This document shows positions 23,651 through 32,780 of a DNA stretch of 64,000 nucleotides, piece by piece. The number at the start of each line of letters is the position of its first letter. Within the stretch, counting starts at the first letter, position 1. The translations under genes and the position numbers were made by a program. This DNA comes from Candidatus Latescibacterota bacterium (GTDB lineage Bacteria; Latescibacterota; UBA2968; GCA-2709665). Under the pieces are notes generated by a model. It was not told where the DNA came from. It did no database searches and saw only the letters and a program-made list of their open reading frames with translations. The stretch is taken from contig OZ220733.1 in NCBI GenBank assembly GCA_965116875.1, positions 4,160,001 through 4,224,000 on the forward strand. Direction: 5' to 3'.

Positions 23651-26332
23651 ATGCGAGAGCAGGCCGTGTTCGAAAAAAAATACGATCCGGGGTCTGTCGA
23701 AAGGACCTGGTACGCCTTCTGGGAGGAAAAGGGCTATTTCAAGCCGGAATACCGGTCTGGGGGTAAGCCGTTTTCTGTCACGATTCCCCCGCCTAACGTC
23801 ACGGGAGAACTCCACATGGGGCATGCGCTTCAGCATGCGATCCATGATGCAGTGGTGCGATGGAAGCGCATGCAGGGGCATCGAACGCTCTGCCTGCCGG
23901 GCACCGACCACGCCGGAATCGCAACCCAGATGAAGGTGGAACAGCAGTTGTTCGAGGAAGAAGGAAAGGGTCGCCACGACATTGGCCGGGACGAGATGTT
24001 AAAGCGTATCGTGGCCTGGAAACAGGAATACGGAGGAACGATTTTAAACCAGCTCCGGGAAATGGGTTGCAGCTATGACTGGGGCCGTGAACGGTACACA
24101 ATGGAAAGCGGCTACGCCCGCGCGGTTCTGTTCGCTTTTGTGAAGTTCTATGAGCGGGGATGGATCTACCGCGGCAAGCGTATGGTCAACTGGTGTCCAA
24201 GGTGCGGCACCGTTATCTCCGACCTCGAGGTGGAGGATCGGGAGAACGAGGGACATCTATGGCATATTCGATATCCGGGCCTGGAAGGCCGGCCCGACGT
24301 GGTGGTTGCAACGACGCGCCCGGAAACGATGCTGGGCGACACAGGTGTGGCGGTTCATCCCGATGACCGGCGCTGGCAGCGTGCAGTCGGCGGACGCGTC
24401 ATGTTGCCGCTGATGGAACGCCCGGTCCCGATCGTTGCCGACAGCTATGCGGATCCGGAGATGGGCAGCGGAGCTGTAAAGGTGACCCCCGCGCACGATC
24501 CAAATGACTACGAGATCGGATTGCGACATGGGTTGCCGGAGATACAGGTAATCGGATTCGGCGGAGAGATGACCGGGGAAGCCGGTACATACAGTGGTAT
24601 GGACCGGTTCGCCTGCCGAAAAGCGGTGATTTCGGACCTGAAGGAGTCAGGTCTTCTCGAGCGAATCGAGGAGTACCGGCACATGGTGCCTCACCACGAC
24701 AAATGTGGCACCTCCATCGAGCCGCTGCCGATGGACCAGTGGTTTCTGGCCATGAAGTCCCTGGCGAAACAGGCGCTGCCCACCCTGAAAGAACAGGAGA
24801 TCAGGTACGTGCCGGATCGATTCCGGGCGTATTCGATCGATTGGCTCGAGAACATCCAGGACTGGTGCATCTCCCGTCAGATCTGGTGGGGACACCGAAT
24901 TCCGGTGTGGACCTGCGAGGATTGCGGGGAGATGCTGGTTCGTGTGGATGCGCCCGCAGCCTGTGACGCGTGCGGCGGCCGAAACCTTGTGCAGGATCCC
25001 GACGTTCTCGATACCTGGTTCTCTTCGGCCCTATGGCCCTTCGCCACCCTCGGATGGCCGGAGCCGGCTGAAGATCTGAAGGAGTTCCATCCGACCGACC
25101 TGATGATTACCGGCAGGGATATCCTCTACCTGTGGGTGGCGCGGATGATCATGACGGCCGTCGAGTTCGTGGATGAGATCCCTTTTGGTACGGTTCTGGT
25201 GCATCCGACCGTCCAGACCCGTGACGGCAAGCGAATGAGCAAGTCGCTGGGTACCGGAATCGATCCCAGGGAACTGATCGAGCGATACGGCGCCGACGCG
25301 ACGCGTCTGTCCCTGCTCTACCAGTGCGGCAGTTCGCAGGACATTCGTTTCGACGCCGACGTCGTGGATAACCGCTTGCAGGAATCACCCATAACGGAGT
25401 CCTGCAGGAATTTCTGCAACAAGGTCTGGAACGCGGCGAGGTTCGTTCAGATGAACCTGGAAGGATACGACCTCGCGGACATGCCGCCGCCGCTTGCCGA
25501 AGACGCCGCGGACCGGTGGATTCTCAGCCAGTACAACCGCACGGTGCATGCGGTGACGGCGTCTCTGGAGGCCTATCGTTTTGACGAAGCATGCAGGATG
25601 CTCTACGAATTCGTGTGGAATGCGTATTGCGACTGGTATCTTGAGATCGCGAAGGTCCGGCTGAGCGCAGGCGCTCCGGAAGCGGCAGCGATGACGCGGC
25701 GCAACCTCGTCCACGTACTGGAGGGATCGCTGCGGCTGTTGCATCCAATGGCGCCGTTCATCTCCGAAGCGCTGTGGCAGCAACTTCCACATACGGGAGC
25801 GGCGCTGATTGTCGCAAAGTGGCCAGAGGCGGACCCGGGCCGATTCGACGAAACGGCGGAGCGCGAGATGGCACTCCTGCAGGCGGTCGTGGGTGCAGTA
25901 CGGAATATACGGGGCACGATGCGGGTGCCGCCCGGCAGGCGCGCGGACCTCCTCCTGAAGGTGAGTTCGCACGAAGTCGGAGACGTCCTGACCCGTTTCG
26001 AGGTTGATCTCCGAACGCTGGCCAGGGTTGCGGATCTTCGTATCGGCGCGGACGTCGTCAGGCCTGCGGCTTCTGCCAGCGCCGTGTTGAAGGACGTGGA
26101 GATCTTTGTGCCCTTACAGGGTCTCATCGATCTGGAAGTCGAGCGCCGGCGTCTGCAGAAGGAGATCGAAAAGCTGGAGAAACTGCTCGGCGGGCTTGAC
26201 AGGAAACTCGGGAACTCAGGTTTCCTGGACAACGCGCCCTCCGAGGTGATTGACAGGGAAAGGGTACGTCACGCAGAGGTTTCGAGTGCGCTGGGCAGGT
26301 TGAACGAGAATCTCGCCGCTGTCATGCCATGA
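23651..26332 (+). CDS. valS: Valine--tRNA ligase
   Basis: PPPNVTGELHMGH, DHAGIATQ, TTRPET, WCISRQ, RMSKS, C-terminal coiled coil. Confidence 0.98.
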   Translation: MREQAVFEKKYDPGSVERTWYAFWEEKGYFKPEYRSGGKPFSVTIPPPNVTGELHMGHALQHAIHDAVVRWKRMQGHRTLCLPGTDHAGIATQMKVEQQLFEEEGKGRHDIGRDEMLKRIVAWKQEYGGTILNQLREMGCSYDWGRERYTMESGYARAVLFAFVKFYERGWIYRGKRMVNWCPRCGTVISDLEVEDRENEGHLWHIRYPGLEGRPDVVVATTRPETMLGDTGVAVHPDDRRWQRAVGGRVMLPLMERPVPIVADSYADPEMGSGAVKVTPAHDPNDYEIGLRHGLPEIQVIGFGGEMTGEAGTYSGMDRFACRKAVISDLKESGLLERIEEYRHMVPHHDKCGTSIEPLPMDQWFLAMKSLAKQALPTLKEQEIRYVPDRFRAYSIDWLENIQDWCISRQIWWGHRIPVWTCEDCGEMLVRVDAPAACDACGGRNLVQDPDVLDTWFSSALWPFATLGWPEPAEDLKEFHPTDLMITGRDILYLWVARMIMTAVEFVDEIPFGTVLVHPTVQTRDGKRMSKSLGTGIDPRELIERYGADATRLSLLYQCGSSQDIRFDADVVDNRLQESPITESCRNFCNKVWNAARFVQMNLEGYDLADMPPPLAEDAADRWILSQYNRTVHAVTASLEAYRFDEACRMLYEFVWNAYCDWYLEIAKVRLSAGAPEAAAMTRRNLVHVLEGSLRLLHPMAPFISEALWQQLPHTGAALIVAKWPEADPGRFDETAEREMALLQAVVGAVRNIRGTMRVPPGRRADLLLKVSSHEVGDVLTRFEVDLRTLARVADLRIGADVVRPAASASAVLKDVEIFVPLQGLIDLEVERRRLQKEIEKLEKLLGGLDRKLGNSGFLDNAPSEVIDRERVRHAEVSSALGRLNENLAAVMP

Positions 26333-26445
26333 TGGGCCCGACCACAGACCCAAATGGCATGTCCTTAACACATCACGGTGTGATTCCGAGTCACGGAGCA
26401 GCAACGGTTCGCCACCGGCGAATCGACCCGGTCAGGTGATATTCG

Positions 26446-28620
26446 ATGAGATTCAGGATCGGCAAGGTGTTGAGATACTACTCGCGGCGCGTTTTGCTCT
26501 ATTGCGGTATTTGCGTGCTGGTTTACGCCGGCGTCGCGGGAGGCGTGGTGCTTCGTTTCAAGGATGAACTGCCTTCCTTTACGCAACTGGAAGAGGTGGA
26601 GCCGGCGCGCACCACCAGCATCATTTCCACCGATGGAGCGGTGCTGAAGCGGTTCTGGGTGGAGAATCGTGTGCCCATATCGTACAGCGAGATACCGGAG
26701 GCCGCAATATCGGCACTGACCGCAACGGAGGACCAGCTCTTCTGGCGGCATTGGGGCGTGAGCCTTCCCGATATTTTCCGCGCCGTCTTGCGTAACCTGA
26801 CGCAGGAGGGAAGTCTCAAGGGGCACGGCGCCAGCACGATTACGCAACAACTTGCCCGCAATCTGTTTCTGGACCGGAAGCAGACCTGGACGCGAAAGGT
26901 GAAGGAGCAGTTGACGGCCGTGCTGCTCGAGCGGACGTACACGAAACGTGAAATCGTCGAGATCTATTTCAATAAGGTGCTGTTCGGCAATGGCGCTTAC
27001 GGTCTTCAGTCCGCTGCGGAGCGGTTTTTCGGCAAAAACGCGGGTGAGTTGGCGCTGGAGGAGTGCGCGCTGCTGGTCGGTCTGCTGAGAGGACCCTATT
27101 TCTATTCACCAATCAACCATCCCCGACGGGCGAGAGACAGGCGCGACCTGGTCCTTCGTTTAATGCGAAATACGGGTCAGATCAGCCAGGCGAAGTTTCT
27201 TTCCGCTGTGCAGCGACCCATCGTACTGAAAGATACCAGGGTTGAAGAGATCGGCGAAGCGCCTTATTTCACGGAGTACATCCGACGATATCTGGAGAAG
27301 AATTACGGCTGGAATCTCCTCTACAAGGACGGCGCTTCAGTCTATTCGACCGTGGACAGCCGAATCCAGTCCATTGCGGAGAAGACCCTGCTGGACCATC
27401 TGGAAGTCGTGCAGAAGCGGGTGGATGCCAGACGACGGCGGAGCAGACCGGATACGGCGTTCTGGGCTGGTATCCATACGCTGGAAGACTCCCTCAGGGC
27501 TTCCGTGGTTCAGGGCGCCCTGGTTGCCATGGACACCCGCACGGGACACATTCTCGCCATGGTGGGCGGTCGCGACTTCACCGAGACCAAGTTCAACCGG
27601 GCGGTTCAGGCGCTGCGCCAGCCTGGATCGGCCTTCAAGCCAATCATATACGCGTCGGCGGTTGCGCAGAAGATCCCGCCCACGCGCCGGTATCCCGACA
27701 CGGCAGTTACCGTAGAGATGTTCGACGGCAGCCTGTGGCGACCGCAGAACTACGATCGAAAGTTCCTGGGCTGGATGACGATGCGTGAAGGTCTGGCCAT
27801 GTCGCGGAACGTGGTAACCACGAAGATTCTGGAAGACATCGGCCCCCGCTCCGCCGTGCGACAGGCCCGGCGAATGGGAATTACGAGCAGGATCCGGGCC
27901 GTGAAATCCCTCGGCATGGGTACGAGTGAAGTTAAACTGATCGACCTGGCGGCCGCCTACGGCACGTTCCCCAACGGAGGTATCCGCGTGGAGCCGGTTG
28001 CCATCCTGAAGATCACGGACAAAGATGGAAACGTTATCGAGAGCCGGGTTCAGGGTAGAGAGCAGGAGGCACTGAGCGCGGAAGCGGCCGCCGTGGCAAC
28101 GAGTATGCTCCGGTCCGTAATGGACATGTATAAGCAGACCTCCAAAGGTGTCTGGCGCGGCACCGGTACGGGCGCGCGATCGTACTACGGGTTTCGGCGA
28201 CCGGCGGCGGGCAAAACGGGAACCACCCAGAACTTCGCGGACGCGTGGTTCGTAGGTTTCACGCCGCAGATCGTGGCCGGCGTATGGGTAGGATTCGACG
28301 ACTATCGGGTCTCCCTGGGAAGCAGGATGTCGGGTGCTGCCGTTGCGCTTCCGGTTTGGGCGAAATTCATGAAGAAAGCACATCAGACACTCGGATTGCC
28401 CAAAGAGGAATTCGAACTGCCTCCGGGCGTCGCCCAATTGGAGGTATGCGGCGATACGTTTGAGGTGGCGTCCATGTATTGTCCGAATCGCCTTGAAGAA
28501 GTGTTTGTGCCCGGTTCCGAACCGACGTCTCCCTGTCCGGACCACACGGCGGCGGTGGTCAGGCGTCCCGGATTGAAGAAGCAGGAACGTGAAAACGCAA
28601 AACGGGCATATCAATTCTGA
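26446..28620 (+). CDS. Penicillin-binding protein 1A family (class A PBP)
   Basis: N-terminal TM, TED..F, GASTITQQL, QPGSAFK (SxxK), SRN, KTG. Confidence 0.95.
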   Translation: MRFRIGKVLRYYSRRVLLYCGICVLVYAGVAGGVVLRFKDELPSFTQLEEVEPARTTSIISTDGAVLKRFWVENRVPISYSEIPEAAISALTATEDQLFWRHWGVSLPDIFRAVLRNLTQEGSLKGHGASTITQQLARNLFLDRKQTWTRKVKEQLTAVLLERTYTKREIVEIYFNKVLFGNGAYGLQSAAERFFGKNAGELALEECALLVGLLRGPYFYSPINHPRRARDRRDLVLRLMRNTGQISQAKFLSAVQRPIVLKDTRVEEIGEAPYFTEYIRRYLEKNYGWNLLYKDGASVYSTVDSRIQSIAEKTLLDHLEVVQKRVDARRRRSRPDTAFWAGIHTLEDSLRASVVQGALVAMDTRTGHILAMVGGRDFTETKFNRAVQALRQPGSAFKPIIYASAVAQKIPPTRRYPDTAVTVEMFDGSLWRPQNYDRKFLGWMTMREGLAMSRNVVTTKILEDIGPRSAVRQARRMGITSRIRAVKSLGMGTSEVKLIDLAAAYGTFPNGGIRVEPVAILKITDKDGNVIESRVQGREQEALSAEAAAVATSMLRSVMDMYKQTSKGVWRGTGTGARSYYGFRRPAAGKTGTTQNFADAWFVGFTPQIVAGVWVGFDDYRVSLGSRMSGAAVALPVWAKFMKKAHQTLGLPKEEFELPPGVAQLEVCGDTFEVASMYCPNRLEEVFVPGSEPTSPCPDHTAAVVRRPGLKKQERENAKRAYQF

Positions 28621-28674
28621 ATGAACCACCCGGTCCGCGCTCAATCTGCCAGTGTGACCCGACCAGGACGGATT

Positions 28675-28712
28675 ACAAAAAGCCCGGCGATATCATCGCC
28701 GGGCTTTGTTTT
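28675..28712. terminator. Bidirectional intrinsic terminator between PBP1A and secDF
   Basis: AAAAAGCCCGGCGAT-ATC-ATCGCCGGGCTTTGTTTT between convergent genes. Confidence 0.85.
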
Positions 28713-28730
28713 CCGATCCGGACTTCCAGT

Positions 28731-31283
28731 CTATGCTCTCGCGCGGCGGGCGGCGGAGCCCGCGGCCTCTTTCCGGCGATCCAGGGCATTCTGCCAGACC
28801 AGCACCAGCGGACTTGCCACGAACGAAGAGGAGTAGGTTCCGACGATGACCCCGATCATCAGAGCAAAGGCAAAGTCACGAATGACCTCCCCGCCAAGGA
28901 GCAGCAGGCCCAGGACAACGAGCAGCGTTGTGCCGGAGGTGAGTACCGTACGATTCAGGCTTTCGTTGATACTCCGGTTGATGACCTCCATCGAACTGTC
29001 TCGTCGATAGAGCTTTCGATTCTCCCGAATACGGTCGTAGACCACAATGGTGTCGTTCAGTGAGTACCCGACGATCGTTAGCAACGCTGCCACAATGGCG
29101 AGCGATATCTCCTTATCCATCAGGGAAAAGACGCCCAGGGTGATCAGAACGTCGTGGAAAAGCGCCACCACCGCGGCGATACCGAACTGGATCTGCTTGA
29201 AGCGCCACCAGATGTAAAGGACGATCAGTATCAGAGAGACCAGGATGGCATTGACCGCGTTCTGTTTGAGTTCGCTGCCGATCTTGGGCCCAACCGCCTC
29301 CTGTCGCCGCAGCCACTGCGTCGGATCGGGAATGCTGTACGCAAATTCCGATTTGAGCGTGTTCTTAATGGCGTCAGCGGTGACCGTCCCTTCCGCTTCC
29401 TCCTCGACGCGAATAAGTATGTCGGAAGCCGGACCGAAGACCTTGATCTCGCTGTGTCTGAGGTCGCGTCTTTCACCCTTGACGTCCACGTCCTGAAGGG
29501 CATCCCTCAGGTTGGCGACCTCTACAGGGGGATTGAAGTGCAATTCAAGCAGCGTGCCACCGGCGAAGTCGATGCCGAGGTTGTAGCCGCCCTTCGTAAT
29601 CGTGGAGCCCAGGCCAATCAGGATCAGAAACGTTGACAGTACGAACGCCGCCTTGCGCAGACTGAGGAAGTCGAACGATGGCCGGCGGAATACGGTCAGT
29701 CTGCCGATGCTGATGGAGGTGAGCTGCCAGCGATTGATTGCGATGTTGAAGAGGGTACGGGTGACGAACAATGCGGTGAACATGCTGCAGAGGATACCCA
29801 CCATGAGCGTCAGCGCGAAGCCCCGGATGGGCCCCGTACCGAACTGGTAGAGTACGACGGCGGTGATGATCGTGGTAATGTTGGCGTCGACAATGGTGAG
29901 CAGGGCTCTGCCGTACCCGTCTTCCACCGCGACGCGGACGGTCTTGCCGTTACGCAACTCTTCGCGGATACGCTCGAAGATCAGCACGTTGGCGTCGACT
30001 GCCATACCGATAGTCAGGATGATACCGGCGATTCCGGGCAGGGTGAGCGTGCCGCCGAAACCGGCGAGGACCGCCATCACGAACACGAGATTCAGGAACA
30101 GCGCAAAATTGGCGACGATCCCGGAGAGGCCGTAATAAAGAATCATGAATACCATAACAACGGCCAGGCCGATCAGGGCAGCCTTCCGACCCTGCTCGAT
30201 TGAGTCCCGTCCGAGCGAAGGACCTACCGTTCGGTCTTCGACAATCGGCGCGTTGGCCGGAAGGGCGCCCGCCCGCAGCACGATGGCGAGGTCCTTTGCT
30301 TCCTCCAGGTCTCCGCTGCCTTCGATGATGGAGCGCCCGTCGCGGATTTTCGCCCGAATCGTAGGCGCCGAGTACACCTGGTCATCGAGAATGATGGCCA
30401 TGCGTTCTTCGAGGTGGGCGCCGGTTACCCGGGAGAAGAGTTTGATGCCGTCGTTCGTGGTGGTGAAATTGATGATGGGCTGGCCCGCATTTTCAAAACT
30501 CTGACCCTTGGTCACCTTGGCGTCCTGGACGATTTCGCCGGTCATTTCGATACGTTTATACAGGTAGTACAGCCGGCGGTACCTCTGACCATCGCCGAAT
30601 TCCTCCACCTCGTTTCCCCAGAGGAACTGGGTATCGTCCGGAATGAGATCCCGGATCTCCGGATCTTCGAACAGAAGGGCCTTTACGGTCTGAATCCGGT
30701 CTGCCGGTACAACCATGTCCTCACCAAGCGCGAGAACATACCGTTTGATCGACGGTCTCTCGTCATCGGCCTCTTCCTCGAAGAGGCCGGCGGCGTCCTT
30801 TCGCGTCGAGTCTTCCGGAGCCCGTGCGGCCAGACGCGACTCGATTCGGTCGACAAGCCGGGAGCGGTCGAGTACCGGAGCCAGAATCTTGAACTCGAGC
30901 CGGGCCTGGGTCTGGATGAGGTTCTTGGCCCGCTCCACGTCCTGAACACCGGGCAGTTCGACCACGATACGCCATTCGCCCTCCCGGTGAATAATCGGTT
31001 CGGCCACACCGAACTGATCGACCCGGTTGGTGATGATCTCCTTGACGCGATCGACGACGTCCGCCCGTTCGTCTTCGGAAAGTCCGGTTGGATCCACTTC
31101 GAGGACCAGATGGATTCCTCCCTGGAGATCCAGCCCCAGGTTGACGGCTTCCCGTTTGACGGCTTCGAGTCTGTCTGGATCCGAAGGCGGGTCGAAATAG
31201 TACCGGTACGTGGGGAAAAGGTAATAGACGGCCAGCAGTATTGTCGCGAGGATGATCAGGATGCGGACGTTGTCTTTTTTCAT
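28731..31283 (-). CDS. secDF: Fused protein translocase subunit SecDF
   Basis: LGLDLQGG, VGPSLG, GMAVDANVLIFERIREE, GIDFAGG, GYSLNDTIVVYDRIRE. Confidence 0.97.
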   Translation of the reverse strand: MKKDNVRILIILATILLAVYYLFPTYRYYFDPPSDPDRLEAVKREAVNLGLDLQGGIHLVLEVDPTGLSEDERADVVDRVKEIITNRVDQFGVAEPIIHREGEWRIVVELPGVQDVERAKNLIQTQARLEFKILAPVLDRSRLVDRIESRLAARAPEDSTRKDAAGLFEEEADDERPSIKRYVLALGEDMVVPADRIQTVKALLFEDPEIRDLIPDDTQFLWGNEVEEFGDGQRYRRLYYLYKRIEMTGEIVQDAKVTKGQSFENAGQPIINFTTTNDGIKLFSRVTGAHLEERMAIILDDQVYSAPTIRAKIRDGRSIIEGSGDLEEAKDLAIVLRAGALPANAPIVEDRTVGPSLGRDSIEQGRKAALIGLAVVMVFMILYYGLSGIVANFALFLNLVFVMAVLAGFGGTLTLPGIAGIILTIGMAVDANVLIFERIREELRNGKTVRVAVEDGYGRALLTIVDANITTIITAVVLYQFGTGPIRGFALTLMVGILCSMFTALFVTRTLFNIAINRWQLTSISIGRLTVFRRPSFDFLSLRKAAFVLSTFLILIGLGSTITKGGYNLGIDFAGGTLLELHFNPPVEVANLRDALQDVDVKGERRDLRHSEIKVFGPASDILIRVEEEAEGTVTADAIKNTLKSEFAYSIPDPTQWLRRQEAVGPKIGSELKQNAVNAILVSLILIVLYIWWRFKQIQFGIAAVVALFHDVLITLGVFSLMDKEISLAIVAALLTIVGYSLNDTIVVYDRIRENRKLYRRDSSMEVINRSINESLNRTVLTSGTTLLVVLGLLLLGGEVIRDFAFALMIGVIVGTYSSSFVASPLVLVWQNALDRRKEAAGSAARRARA

Positions 31284-31368
31284 TATTGAATCTTGACTCC
31301 TGTAAACGCTTCGGCTCCGGTTACGGGATGGCGTCGGCCTGCAACGTCGTTCCCCTGGGCACGACGAT

Positions 31369-32334
31369 CTACTTCTGCCGGTCGACCACGTGTCGCACGG
31401 CGAGTTCCAGGGCGTTCCGCGCTTCCGACGATTTCAGTTTCGCCAGGCTCTTCAGGCCGGAGGACGCGTATTCCCGCGCTTCCCGGCGGGCGGCCTTGAT
31501 ACCGTCGTAACGCCTGACGAAGCGGAAGACTTCCTGGAGCTCGGCATCGGACTGTATGCCGTTTTGCACCTTTGTCTGGATCTTCTCGGCATCGCCGTTG
31601 GGACAATTGGCAATCGCGCGAATCAGCGGCAACGTCAGTTTTCTCTCGCGCACGTCGGTCCCGACCGGTTTGCCGAGAGACGCTTCGTCGCCGATGAAGT
31701 CCAGGAGATCGTCGGTAATCTGGAAGGCGATTCCCACTTCCTGTCCGAACGTGGACATCCGTGAGACCTGTTCGGGTGTCCCGCCCCCCAGAATGGCGCC
31801 AACCTCGCAGGAAAGGGCCATCAGCGACGCGGTCTTCTTGTCGATCATCTTGAAGTAGCGCGCGGCCTCCGCGTCGTTTCCACTTTCCACCTCGAGGATC
31901 TCGCCTTCGATCATCCGGCTCACGGCTCGCGTCGCGGCTCGCATCACGTCCATGGAATCCAGGCCGACCAGCAGTTGCAAAGCCCTGGCCAGAAGAAAAT
32001 CTCCCATCAGTACGGCGGCCTTGTTGCCCCACCTCAGATTGAGGACCTCCGCGCCCCGGCGCTTGTCGGCGAGGTCGATGACGTCATCGTGGATCAATGT
32101 TGCCGTGTGGATGATTTCGATGCCGGCAGCCGCATCCACCACCCTGTCGGAACACTGCCCGACGGCCTGCGCGGTCAACAGCGAGAGGGCCGGACGAATG
32201 ATCTTGCCCTTGGTCGTGAGAATGTGGCTGCCCATGGCCTGAACCAGATTGACATCGGAGGCGAGCGTCTCCGTGAATCGCCTCTCGAAACGCTCGATCT
32301 GGGGCTGTACGGGCTGAAGAATCCGATCTAGCAT
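31369..32334 (-). CDS. Polyprenyl diphosphate synthase (IspB-like)
   Basis: GKIIRP, LIHDDVID..RRG, FQITDDLLD, GKPVGTD. Confidence 0.94.
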   Translation of the reverse strand: MLDRILQPVQPQIERFERRFTETLASDVNLVQAMGSHILTTKGKIIRPALSLLTAQAVGQCSDRVVDAAAGIEIIHTATLIHDDVIDLADKRRGAEVLNLRWGNKAAVLMGDFLLARALQLLVGLDSMDVMRAATRAVSRMIEGEILEVESGNDAEAARYFKMIDKKTASLMALSCEVGAILGGGTPEQVSRMSTFGQEVGIAFQITDDLLDFIGDEASLGKPVGTDVRERKLTLPLIRAIANCPNGDAEKIQTKVQNGIQSDAELQEVFRFVRRYDGIKAARREAREYASSGLKSLAKLKSSEARNALELAVRHVVDRQK

Positions 32335-32412
32335 TGGGATTTGGAATGGACGTGTGCGGGCCGTGGGTGTACCGCGCGAAACTGCAGTTTCCAGATTGGG
32401 ATAAGACTTTCC

Positions 32413-32441
32413 AACCTAACAAAAACAAGCGTGTTTGTCAA
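32413..32441 (-). promoter_or_regulatory. Promoter of polyprenyl synthase-secDF
   Basis: Minus-strand TTGACA-N17-TAGGTT. Confidence 0.6.
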
Positions 32442-32448
32442 TCACTAG

Positions 32449-32780
32449 CTAACAGTCCGTTGAAAAAGTCCATCCGGGCTACGGCCGGCCCTTGCGGTCG
32501 AAATACTGCGTTGCGCTCCCTCGCCGAATCGCAGGATGGGACTCGGTCGCGCGCCTTGTCTTCGACCACAATGGCACGTGTTCCGCCCCGGAAATAGATC
32601 GCCGAAATTCGGCCGCCGAGTCGCCCGACTGGCAAGGCGCCTGAGCAAGGCGACCTGCTTACGGTCTCCGAGCGAAGGCAACGCCGCCAGACGGGATGAA
32701 TCGGCGGATGAATGGTGACATATTTCCGGGACGGGACACCAAGCCTCGCCTGCAGAGCGACTTTATCAACGGACTGCTAC
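32449..32780 (+). mobile_element. MITE-like family 1, full copy interrupted by a nested element
   Basis: TIRs CTAACAGTCCGTTGAAAAAGTC / GACTTTATCAACGGACTGCTAC; colinear with reverse complement of 48482-48649 apart from the insert. Confidence 0.88.
32578..32739. mobile_element. MITE-like family 2 (162 bp) nested in family 1 copy
   Basis: TIRs GTGTTCCGCCCCGGAAATA / TATTTCCGGGACGGGACAC (17/19 match); absent from the 48.5 kb copy. Confidence 0.82.

Noticed and set aside
31283-32032. 249-aa Arg/Gly-rich ORF overlapping the polyprenyl synthase
   Set aside because: Alternative-frame artefact with low-complexity composition
32334-32718. Small ORFs with similar peptides at 32.4 kb and 48.3-48.8 kb (NSPLKKSIRA...)
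   Set aside because: Similarity comes from the non-coding MITE repeat; no transposase motifs
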